A DNA stretch of 64,000 nt, taken from the NCBI GenBank assembly GCA_950097015.1, contig CATNEN010000001.1:21018001-21082000 (forward strand), in the 5' to 3' direction. This DNA is from Macrostomum hystrix (taxonomy: Eukaryota; Animalia; Platyhelminthes). Within the stretch, counting starts at the first letter, position 1; the number at the start of each line of letters is the position of its first letter. The position numbers were made by a program, and so were the translations under genes. Positions 1-10,600 of this stretch are shown piece after piece. The notes beneath the pieces are model-generated. The model did not search any database. It was not told the DNA's origin and saw nothing but the letters and a program-made list of their open reading frames with translations.

Positions 1-92
1 TGTTGAGGCCGGTAAAATCTCCTCTCTGAGTCCAGTGTCCTGTCTTGGTCATTTTTACCAATTGTGTGTGCCACGCTACCACAGGTACAACA
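1..92 (+). mobile_element. 3' end of a Gypsy LTR (same family as the LTR at 2660-2984), inserted into a LINE RT
   Basis: Bases 1-92 closely match ~2896-2984 and end in ...GGTACAACA. LINE coding sequence follows rather than a PBS, so this is a 3' or solo LTR. Confidence 0.85.
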
Positions 93-1101
93 GTATCAAG
101 GTCAACCCAAGCAAAAGTAAGGCCATCGCTTTCATCCACAAAACCAAAAACTTCGGTCAGCCCCCTCCCATCACCTTCAACGGCACCATCATCAACTATC
201 ATCCCAGCGTCAAGTTCCTCGGAGTCACGCTGGACACTCAACTCATCTTCTCAGGACACTGCTTCAACATCCTAAGGACCTGCGACGCCCGCGTTCTGCA
301 ACTTCTTCGAGTTGCTCAGCTCACCAAGGCCACCACCAGCTCACTCATCGCCATCTACAGAGCCTACATCGAAAGCATCATCACCTATGCCTCACCCATC
401 CTCACCCTGCTTAGCAATCACTACGTGGGTAGACTGCAAATCATCCAGAATCGCGCACTGCGTCTCTGCCACGATGCACCCAAATATTGCAAAAATACTC
501 TACTAAGAAAGCTCTCTAAAGTTGAACCAATTAGGACCAGAATTAATGACCTAGCCAGTAGGTGGTTCCTGCGAGCTAGCGCTAACAAAATTCATGGACT
601 TGATAGCGTACCAGACATCTACCTAGCAAAAAGGACCAGAGTACCTCTGTTCCAACAACTAAAGTTAATCAGTGGTGAACTAGAAAAACAGAGAGGAAAC
701 TCTTAAAAGCCCAGATGGTTCGCGAAAAATTAACTAAAGTCCAATGTAATGAACTAATGTAAAATGCATTACGTACTTCACTTACTTTGCTTACTTTGCT
801 TACTTTGCTCACTTTGCCTAACTAATCACATGCAACTAGTAATTAATATTGACGGGGTTGACAATGAAACCAAAAGTAATAGAACAAAAAGCTGTGTCCC
901 AGTTCTAGACAAATCTACCACACAAGTATGTCATGGTAATCTTGACTGTCATCATCAAACCGAGACGTGGGACGTTCCCTGCAGTTAGAATAATCTACCA
1001 CAGGTTACCAGTGAACCACAAACACTGGGCCAGTGAATACAAATTAATGTATATCGGCTTAACTTCGTCTCAGTGGTCATAGATGCCAATTAGTTATGCT
1101 A

Positions 1102-2062
1102 GTATTGGTTTTGACAATCAATATGAGAAAATGGACAATCAAAATAAAGACAGCCATAGATCTGCATGCAGCAGCTCAGCTCAGCTTCGCAGCAGCTGCG
1201 GCTTAGGCCATAGACTTTTGACGATCGAAATGAGAATTGGACAATCAAAATGGCAACGCTTGGTTAGTGTAGCGAGGCAGCACCATGAAGGAAAGAATAG
1301 AATGGACTTCACTTTTCACTTTTAATGCCAGTGGAAACCGCACGTAAGGCTTCGAGCAAAAGATTCATTCTGCCAGCCATCTCTACAGTTTGCTGGTGAT
1401 GGCACCACCTGTGAGTCCAGTTGACCGACGTCGGCTCATCGAGGCAATGAATCGAGGCACACCGGTCAAGGACGCAGCAATAATCCTTCAGCTGTCAAGT
1501 TCAACTGCTCATCGCATTGTGAGGCTGTACAGGAATGAGGGAAGGATGGACGTTATGCCTCGTGGAGGCCGAAAAGAAGCAAGGTGCAAGCACCTTGCAC
1601 CTTGCAAGGTGGATGAGGAGATTCGTGAATTTCTGGAAGCAGAGGTGAACCGCAACCCGTTCCTCACCCTGAGCGAGATGGCACAGCGGGTCAACAACCA
1701 TTTTCCCGACAAACTGGACATCTCGTACAGAACTGTGGACAGAATTCTACAGGGACTGCTGTGTTTCCATCTTTTTCCTGACTGTTAGAGGCTGTGTTGC
1801 CATTTCTGTTCTTGATTTCTCGTTTCTATTGTTAAATTTAAACTTTTTTTTAATTTATACATTTTAATGTTAAATTTTCGTTCAAATAAACGTGCATACT
1901 GCTCCCGTTGCCATTTTGATTGTCCAATTCTCATTTCGATCGTCAAAAGTCTGTGGCCTAAGCCGCAGCTGCTGCGAAGCTGTGCTGAGCTGCTGCATGC
2001 AGATCTATGGCTGTCTTCATTTTGATTGTCCATCTTCTCATATTAATTGTCAAAACCAATAC
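1102..2062 (+). mobile_element. Non-autonomous Tc1/IS630-like DNA transposon (internal deletion derivative)
   Basis: ~157-bp terminal inverted repeats (1102-1258 and ~1906-2062) are flanked by TA at 1100-1101 and 2063-2064. The interior has an HTH-only ORF. Confidence 0.9.
1399..1788 (+). pseudogene. Truncated Tc1-like transposase (paired HTH DNA-binding region only, no DDE domain)
   Basis: RRRLIEAMNRG..VKDAAIILQLSSSTAHRIV...PRGGRK...NPFLTLSEM aligns with the N-terminus of the transposase at 24089. Confidence 0.75.
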
Positions 2063-3045
2063 TAAAACACCTTGGTATTTATACTCACAAAAAACTCACC
2101 ACCAAATGGGGGAAACCTACTTTTAGTGGAGTCTACTCACAGTAGTATAACACAAGATGACAATAAATAAATAACTAACATTAAATAATTTTAAAGGTCC
2201 TGTGCAGGCGGGGGTTTTTGGTGTGGGTTTTTCACACCCCAGACCTTCATACTATCCAAAAAATCAAACTATCAAATTAAAATATCAACTATCCTCAAAT
2301 TTATTAAAAGTTACCAATCAAATTAAAAGGTTAACTTTGTGATAACCCGCGCACTGGGGTGTTTTCCCTCACCTTTTTCTCCCTCGCACACTGCACATGG
2401 CCTATTTGTTTTACTATAGAGATGCACCTTTGTTTTAATTTGCTCATCATGCATGCACCTACTTTGCTCACGTGAATGACCAAAATAACCAATTATTTTC
2501 CAATCTCTAAAATCTAAACTCGCTACTTTTAAATAATTTACAAACAAGTAATATGTTTTAAACAATAATTACCAAATATATATTTCTTCGGCTGATGCGC
2601 GGGGAGCAGGATGTAAAAACCCTGTGTTTTACCCCAAACTTGATAACAACAACAACAAATGAGATTTCTTCATGCGTTTTGCGTTTGCGATTCACGTTGC
2701 CTTTTACGTTCCTTCGCATCCGAGACAGCAATCCTTTTTGGGAAACTAGGTTATATACTGCATTTCGAAGCAGAGTGTATAACCCGTTTCAGTAGAGTCA
2801 TAAGAGTTAGCCAGACATAGGTTAACTGAGAAGGTACGAGAAAACTTGCAATCTAAGCCTGACTACCAGATTGCTCCACTGCGACGACGCACCAGTGTTG
2901 AGGCCGGAAAAGATCCTCTCAGAATCTAGTTCCTGTCTTGGTCATTTTACCAATTGTGTGTGCCACGCTACCACAGGTACAACATTGGTGGCAAAGCGGT
3001 GTGATTAGAGTTAGTTTTTACTCATTCACTGCGGATACGAACGCC

Positions 3046-4329
3046 ATGTCCCAAGAGGAGCTGGATTCTGAGAGGGAGGACAGGCAGCAGGAAGCCCGGA
3101 GCAGGAAGTCTCGCGGTGGCTGTGCGCTGCAGGAAGCTGGCAGGAGTCGATGGTACGACCGCGGAAACGGCTGTGTCGGCGACGTCGAGGACAGCGAGAG
3201 CGACTTCGGCGACGACGACCAGTCCGGCGGCGAGGACGACGACCGAGGCGCAGCAGCAGCGGCAGCAAGGCGACGACGACCAAGGCTGGACGACAGGGCG
3301 ACGGCGGACCTGGTGTACCGGATGCTCAACCTGATGGAGAAGCAGGTGGAACAACAAGGTAGGACGGCGAAGATTGCCAAGTTTTCTCGGGGCCAGGACG
3401 TACATCTGTGGGTGGAGGCGTTTGAAGCGTATTGCGCCCGGGCTGCGATTCGCAGTTCGGAGACACGCAAGGCCCTTCTACTCGACCACCTCGATGTACA
3501 GTGCCTGAATGCCGTCCTCAGGATGAAGCTGCCCGAAGAGCTCACGTATGCCCAATTCAAGGAGCGTATTGTGGAGCGATTCGCGCAGCTGAGCAGTCCT
3601 GAGGAGTACCGAGACGAGTTCCGCAACCGCTATCAGAAGAAAGCGGAAACGCTTGATGATTATGCTGATGCGTTGCAGGGACTCGGTGAGCAGGCCTATA
3701 CCAACCTTCGCCAGAGAGACCTGGACTATGAGTTGGTCGACCAGTTCATTAAGGGAGCTAGGACTTCGGTTGAGAACCGCAAGCACCTGCTGCGGACTCG
3801 CCCTAGAACACTCCTGGAAGCTAGGCGAGAGTTAAAGTGCCTAGAGGTGGTCGATGAGGCAGTCCAGAGGGCGAAGGATGGGCCGGCTCGGATGGTGCAC
3901 AGCGACGACGAGGACCTGAATGCGCGGCCGCCACCGCAAGGTGTTACCGCTGCGCTGAAGGGACTCGAAGCGCTGATGACCAAGATGGTCGAATGTCAGG
4001 GACAGCAGCTGCAGCATCAGTAAAAGATGCAGGAGATGCTGGTCCTGGCACTCAGTCGACCACAGGGAGCCGTGCAGCAGGAAGGACCGGCGCCGCCAAG
4101 AGGGGCATGCTTTGGTTGCGGAAATTTCGGACACCTGAGGCGTGATTGCCCGACGAGGCCACCTTAGCCGCGTTACGAGCACCACGCTCAGGGGTACCCA
4201 GGAGCGCAACAGCAAGAGCCCAGGCAGCAGTCCGAGCTGCAGGCCCAAGGCACTCAGACGTCGGGAAACGGGACGGCGAGGAGCATGGAAGGCAATGCCC
4301 CTCGCAGTCCAGTTCCTGGACGGGCCTGA
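3046..4329 (+). pseudogene. gag: gag with CCHC zinc knuckle
   Basis: Capsid-like region (W...FE.YC...QKKAETLDDYA...LVDQFIKG). In-frame stops occur at 4021 (TAA) and 4165 (TAG). CFGCGNFGHLRRDC lies at 4108-4149 in the same frame. Confidence 0.85.
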
Positions 4330-5745
4330 GGGGAACTGAGGAGCAAGCTGGAGGAGAGGGTGGGGGCTCTCCTAGTACCAGCTTCCTCGAGCGTTGGTAT
4401 GCCTCCAACGCTGACCCCTACGGGACGGCGATAGTTTCCAAGAAGACAGTGCCCTTCCTCCTGGATTCAGGGAGCAGGCGCTGTCTAATTGGAAGTGAGA
4501 CGTGGGCATCTCTGAGGCATGTAGTGCCGCACGCTGTGCTAACAGGAGAGAGTGCCCTGTGCAACTTCGATGGTTCTCGGTTGCCAGTGTTAGGGCGAGT
4601 CGCCTTTGAGGTCAGGCTTGGCGACTACACAGTAGACGTCGAGTTCTGCGTGACAAAGGGCGAACACGAGAACATCTTAGGAATTGATTTCATGCGCCAG
4701 AACACCCAGAAGATTGATTTTCCGAAGCGGATGCTGACCATGAAATCAGGAACCAGAGTGCCGCTGAGATTCACGAGGCGAGAGGCGAGGGCCAGTCGGG
4801 TTTACTCACTCGAGCAGACCACTGTGCCAGCGCGCTCTTCGATGCTCGTAGCGGTGAAGTTAGCGGGTGGCCGGACGGACTGTCACGGCACGCCGCTGTT
4901 TGTTAAGTCCTTAAAGTCAGGACTGAAGCCGGGAGTGTCTCAGGTAGGGATGACTCCGACGTTGATCACGATGACTTCCGGAACAGGATGTGTTGAGGTC
5001 ATCAACACCTCTTGTTTTCCGGCTGTCATTCGTCGCAATAAACTTGTAGGGCTGGCAAGGTCCGTGAAGGCAGACGAGCTGAAGCATCTGCCAGAGTCGG
5101 AGGAGACGCCAGTCCTAGGACCTGCCGAGGTGCGCCAAGATAAGGCGGTGCTGCAAGGGTGTCAGGAAGACACGACCGCAGGCCAGCTTTTGAGGCGGGA
5201 AGCACCTGTCTACGGGGCTCCGCAGTCAGCTCGTTGCAGCCAGTTCTGCCTGCAGACTGTGCATGTCGCCGTGCAGACGGTAGCTACTGAATGTAGCTGG
5301 AGCCAGGGAGCCACAAGGGAAGAGCACTGGGTGCGGGGCTGAGATGCCGAGGCTCAGGTGCAGACTCAGGTGGTGGCGGAAGGCTCAGAGGTAAAGGAAA
5401 AGGTGCCCGCTCGTTGCAGCCAGTCTTGCCTGCAGGCGCCGGATCCAGAGCCTCTGGCGTGTCCGGAGACAGAGGAGGAAGTGTCCGCTCGTTGCAGCCA
5501 GTCCTGCCTGCAGACACCGAATCCTGCTGTTGAGGAGTTCTCAGAAACAGGGGAGAAGTCACTGGCTCGATGCAGCAAGTCCTGCCTGCGAGCGACGGAT
5601 CCCGCTGTGTCAGGGTCCTCGGGTCAGGAGGATCAGCAGTCAGCTCGTTGCAGCCAGTCCTGCCTACCGACTGTTGGTCTCTCCGTGGGACAGGGAGCAG
5701 AGGTGGAGGGGAGTTGTCAGACTCGTTGCGACCAGTTTCGCCTGT
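4263..5745 (+). pseudogene. pol: pol N-terminus: aspartic protease plus 26-aa Cys repeat region
   Basis: FLLDSGSRRCLI and ILGIDFM motifs in the -1 frame relative to gag. GGGAAAC slippery heptamer at 4263-4269. Premature TGA at 5340-5342. Confidence 0.8.
5229..5745 (+). repeat. Array of ~24-27-bp conserved units (GCTCGTTGCAGCCAGTCCTGCCTG) with divergent spacers; 78-bp period
   Basis: Units start at 5229, 5409, 5487, 5565, 5643 and 5721. All are in the pol frame and encode ARCSQSCL-like peptides. Confidence 0.9.
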
Positions 5746-7627
5746 CAAGGACTGCATCTCATCTTCGTCAGCGAAAGAGGCACCGCATCTTCGTCCCGGC
5801 GACCAGTGTCGTCACCTCATCAGAAGAGTTGCGGAATGGACTGCTTGCAGTCCACCGCGACCTGCCTGCCGCGGGCCTAGTGGTGCACGACACCATTCAG
5901 CAGCCCGAGGGTCGGGGCTTCACCGCCATTCTTGGCCTGTCGGACGTCTGGATGCGCAAGTACCCGGACGACACGCAGATCGCCATCGGCCTCCTAAAGC
6001 TGCGCATCAGAGCTTTTGAGGCAGACAAGCGCAGAAAGCAGGGCGTGAACCCTACAGAGGCGGCAGCCGAAGGAGCTTCGGCCCCTAAGGCAGCAAAGCT
6101 CTCGAATAGGGGGCATAAAGCCCAGCAAAACCGCGCCGGAAAGGCAGATCGCGCTGCGGAGGGGGGCTCTGATCGCCACCCAGCGCGCTCCACAAAGCGG
6201 AAAGGCCTCCTGCAGAGGGCCGCGGAGGCAGTCCAGTCAGCCAAACTGACCCACCTCAGGAGGGAGGTCTCCGGCCAATCGAGGCGAGCTGCCCAGCCTA
6301 GGGAGACTGGCGGCGCCACCGATGGGCCCAGTTCCATAGAGCAGGGAACTCGGGGACCACGCCAAGTTGCCCAGGGCGGGGCTCTCACCGAGACAGTGGG
6401 CACCACTCAGATGGTGGGCTCCGCTATGGGAGGAAATCGGGCGCCTCAGGATGCCCAATGCCCGCCCGCAGGTCAGGAGCCCAACCTTGAGGAGGAGCCC
6501 ATGGAAACCGGCTGCCCCCGTTTTCTCCCCATCACTGAAGAGGAGGAAGAGGGCCTTCTGGCCCAATCCCCTCAGAAACCGGAGGACCATCAATGATTGA
6601 AAATCTTTGCTGCCTCCAAATAAACACTCAGCACTGCGTGGCAGCATCGGTTAACCTGATGCGCACGGCTGAGCGCACGCTCCCGAGCCTCATTTTTGTT
6701 CAGGAGCCATGGCTTTCCAAAGGTAAGTCTACAAATGTACCTTCGGGATTTGACTGTTTTTGCATGGCGGATACCCCTCGCCCCAGATCGCTGATCTTTG
6801 CTGCGAATTCTCTAAAAGCGTGGATGAGACCCGACCTTTCCACCGGGGACATCTGCGTGATCCAAACCCTGCACCTTGTGCAGCAAAAATCTACTCTGGT
6901 GGCTTCGGTGTACCTGCCAGGAGATGCCCCCACGGTCAGCGATGCGTTGGTAGCCCTCTGCGACTACGTGCATGCGCACAACTTCGAGCTCCTCATTGCC
7001 GGTGATGTGAACGCACACCACACGCACTGGGGTAGTAAGAACATCAACGACCGCGGCGAAGAGCTTCTCGCTTTCGTCGGCGGCACAAACCTTAACTTCT
7101 GCAATGCCGGAAGCACCCCTACTTTCGACAATGACCGCTGGTCGGAGGTCCTCGACGTCACCCTCGCCTCCCCGGGCGTCCTCGCCAGGATATCCGGATG
7201 GAGAGTGTGGGGAGAAGAGGAATCCCTCTCAGACCATAGTTTTATCCACTTCGAGGTTGCTTGTGCTACCCCGAAGAAAAACCATCACCTGGAGCAGGAA
7301 CGTCCGAAACACCGACTGGACCAGGTTCGGCCTTGAGCTGAGCAGGGGCCTGCGCAATTTCGGCACTCCGGGTGACATCACAAACTGCGACATTGTTGAC
7401 GAAATAGCCTCCAAGCTTGGAGGCACGGTCATCGATGCCTATGAGGCGGCCTGTCCCCTCAAAGCCTATAAAGGCAAGAAATCTGCCTCCTGGTGGAACC
7501 CCGAGCTCGGAATCCTGAGAAAACGAGATTTCTAAAAACCAGGACCCCTGAAGACAGAGAAGCCTATGTTCATGCCAGCCATGAGTTCAAGGGCCAGGTC
7601 AAAAGGGCAAAAGTGGCAAAATGGCGC

Positions 7628-10600
7628 TGTGGTGACTGCGTTTCACTATCAGTGCAGAGTAGGGGATTGAGGGTGTTATTTTTCTCTCTCTCTCACACAA
7701 TGTACTCGCGCATGTGCGTACTCTGGAGCGCGTGCACGCCCAGAGGTAGCGGCTGATTGGTCAGCCTGGTCAGGCTGAGAAATAAACTTATATTTATTTA
7801 GAGAGCTAGGCTTGGCCTGCTCTGAAAAACTTCTCTCTCTGCAAGCCACGCTGACTTTATTACAGTGGCAACGAGGTGACTAATGGCCACTGGCCTACTG
7901 TGTAGCATCGGTCCATTTGAGCCTGAAAATGAGGACTGGCTGCAGTACAAGGAAAGAGTGGAGCAAGTTTTCATTGCAAGCGACATAGAGTCCGAAGACA
8001 AAAAGCGAGCTGTCTTCCTCAGTGTCTGTGGCAAGGAGACATTCAAGCTGATTTGCAGCCTGCTGGCCCCGGAAAAGCCATCGGAGACGAGCTACGCAAA
8101 CATTTGCCAAAAGCTAAAGGAGCACTGGAAGCCGGAGCCTTCTGAAATTGTGCAGCGTTTTCATTTCTATCAGCGCGTGAGGGCCAGCACCGAGTCAGTG
8201 GCGGATTTCCTGGCCAGTTTGCGGCGTCTGGCCGTGGATTGCAAGTTCGGAAACAGCTTGCAGTCGATGCTCAGGGATCGGCTGGTGCTCGGCATCCAGG
8301 ACGATCGGATCCAGCGCAGACTGCTGTCGGAGCCGGGGCTGGATCTCGAGAAGGCGCTGAAGATCGCTCAAGCGGTGGAGCTGGCGGAAAAAGGCTGCAC
8401 GGTCGTCAGGAGCTCACAGGAGGCGGCTGGCCCAGCGGCGGCTGCTTCAGTCGATCGAGTCGACCAGGCCAAGGCGACCGGATCCGGTCGAGCCCCACAG
8501 AAGTGCTTCCGGTGCTTGTCGACTCGACATCTGGCGGACAGGTGCCCGTTCATCAAGAAGGGATGCTTCAAGTGCGGCAAGCTCGGGCACACCGCAGCTG
8601 CTTGCCGTAGAGGCGCCGGAGCATCGGGTGCGGACTCCAAGCCCCGCGTGGGCGCCGTGCAAGAAGCAGAAGACGAGGACTGCAGCTCCCTTAACACCCT
8701 GCCCAGCGTTGCAGCCAAGGTACCACCCTACTTGACCACGGTACGGATCAACGGCGTGTCCTGCCTGATGGAGATCGACACGGGCGCCGCGGTGTCGCTA
8801 ATCTCAGCCAAAGTCTACCAGGATCTTCTCGGTGGTATCCCTAAGCTCGGTGGGACCACGATTCGGCTGCGGAACTACGGCGGCCAACCTGTCAACGTGA
8901 TGGGACAGTTGAGCGTCACTGTGGAAATTCCAGGAAAGGAACAGAAACTCCTGCCTCTGGTGGTGGTCTCAGGAAGCGGCTCCAGCTTAATCGGACGGAA
9001 CTGGCTGTCTGAACTAACCTTGGACTGGAGAAGCATCAAGGAGTTGCGAGAGCGAGAACTGCCGGCTCAGGGCAATCAGCAGGTGGAGCAGCTGGTGCAA
9101 AAGTACAGCGCAGTATTTTCGGACGGACTCGGTTGCTACACAGGCGAACCACTGAAATTGCGGACGAAACCAGGTGCACAGCCCAAATTTTTCAAAGCTC
9201 GGACGGTGCCGTTCGCCTTGAAGTCCAAGGTGGAGGAGCAACTTGACCGGGAGATCGAGCAAGGCGTTCTGCAGCCTGTCTCTAACTCCGAGTACGCGTC
9301 TCCTATCGTGCCGGTGCTCAAGGCGGATGGATCCGTCAGAATCTGCGCGGATTTCAAGTGCACTGTGAACCAGGACGTTGTGCCGGACTCCTACCCGCTG
9401 CCCAGAATTGAAGAATTGTTCGCAAAGCTAACAGGAGGCCAGAAATTCACCAAGCTAGACCTCAGTCAGGCGTATCAGCAGCTGCCCCTGGACTCGGAAT
9501 CACAGCGTCTGTGCACCATCAACACCTCCAAGGGGTTGCTCAGATACACCAGGCTGCCGTTCGGCATCTCACCGGCAGTCGGTATGTTTCAGAGGACAAT
9601 GGACGGCTTGCTTCAAGGAAGACCGCACACGGCAGCTTTTATCGACGATCTGCTGGTGACAGGAACTGATGACGCAAAGCACCTGGAGAACCTGGAAGCT
9701 GTTTTGCAGCGCCTACAAGATGCTGGGCTGAAGTGCCGAGCTGACAAGTGCCGGTTCATGCAGGAGTCCGTGAGCTACCTGGGCCACCGAATCGACGCCG
9801 GCGGTCTCCACCCGCTGGAAAGCAAGGTCAGCGCGATCGTCGAGGCGCCAGCTCCCCAGGACGTCACCCAACTCCGCAGCTTCCTGGGCCTCATAAATTA
9901 TTATGGACGATTCCTGCCGAACCTGTCCAGCGTGCTCGCTCCGCTGCACCGCCTCTTGGACAAGGGCGCTGCCTGGCCATGGAACAGCCCGCAAGAGAGT
10001 GCGTTTCACCGCTGCAAGGAGCTCCTGCTGAGCTCCCAGACTCTAGTGCACTTCGACCCCGGGAAAGAGGTCATCCTGGAATGCGACAGCTCGCCCTACG
10101 GTCTCGGCGCGGTCATCTGCCACCTGATAGATGGCGTGGAGCGGCCTATCGCGTTTGCGTCCCGCACTCTGGCCGATGCGGAGAAGAACTACTCCCAGAC
10201 GGAGAAGGAGGCCTTGGCAGTTGTTTTCGGCATCAAGCGATTCCACACCTATCTGTACGGCCGGAACTTCCAGCTGAAGAGTGACCACAAGCCGCTTCTA
10301 GGGCTGCTTCACGAGAACAAAGCCATTCCGCCACTAGCATCGGCCAGGATTCAGCGCTGGGCTCTGCTGCTGTCCAGCTACTCCTATCGACTGCAGTACC
10401 GCAAGGGCGCCACCCTGCTGCGGGCGGATGCGCTGAGCCGGTTGCCGCTGCCGTCCAAGCCAGCGGATGCGCCGGCGCCGGCTGAGGTGGTACTGCTGAT
10501 CGACTCGTTCAACGAGGGCCCAGTGACTGCGGCTCAAGTTCGCTGCTGGACACGGCGAGACCCGCTGCTCGGTCGAGTGCTCAGGTTCGTGCAAGAAGGC

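Larger units (their letters stand above)
93..2659 (+). mobile_element. 3' portion of a non-LTR retrotransposon (I/Jockey-group-like): RT C-terminus, long 3' UTR, (AAC)n tail
   Basis: 93-706 encodes KVNPSKSK...VKFLGVTLD..L.F..H...YRAYIESIITYAS...LQIIQNRALR, the RT thumb region of LINEs. An AAC repeat at 2645-2658 directly precedes the next LTR. The extent of the UTR is inferred. Confidence 0.7.
2660..5745 (+). mobile_element. Decayed Ty3/Gypsy element A: 5' LTR, PBS, gag, protease; RT/IN and 3' LTR absent
   Basis: LTR TG...CA spans ~2660-2984 (5' boundary inferred). PBS TGGTGGCAAAGCGGT at 2986-3000 is tRNA-Leu-like. gag and protease follow. Confidence 0.85.

Noticed and set aside
35-92. N-terminus of ORF 35-706 (and of ORF 2938-4023)
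   Set aside because: These codons are LTR sequence read through by chance.
5229-5745. True CRISPR array
   Set aside because: The spacers resemble each other, the period is a multiple of 3, the array lies in a pol frame, and no cas genes are present.
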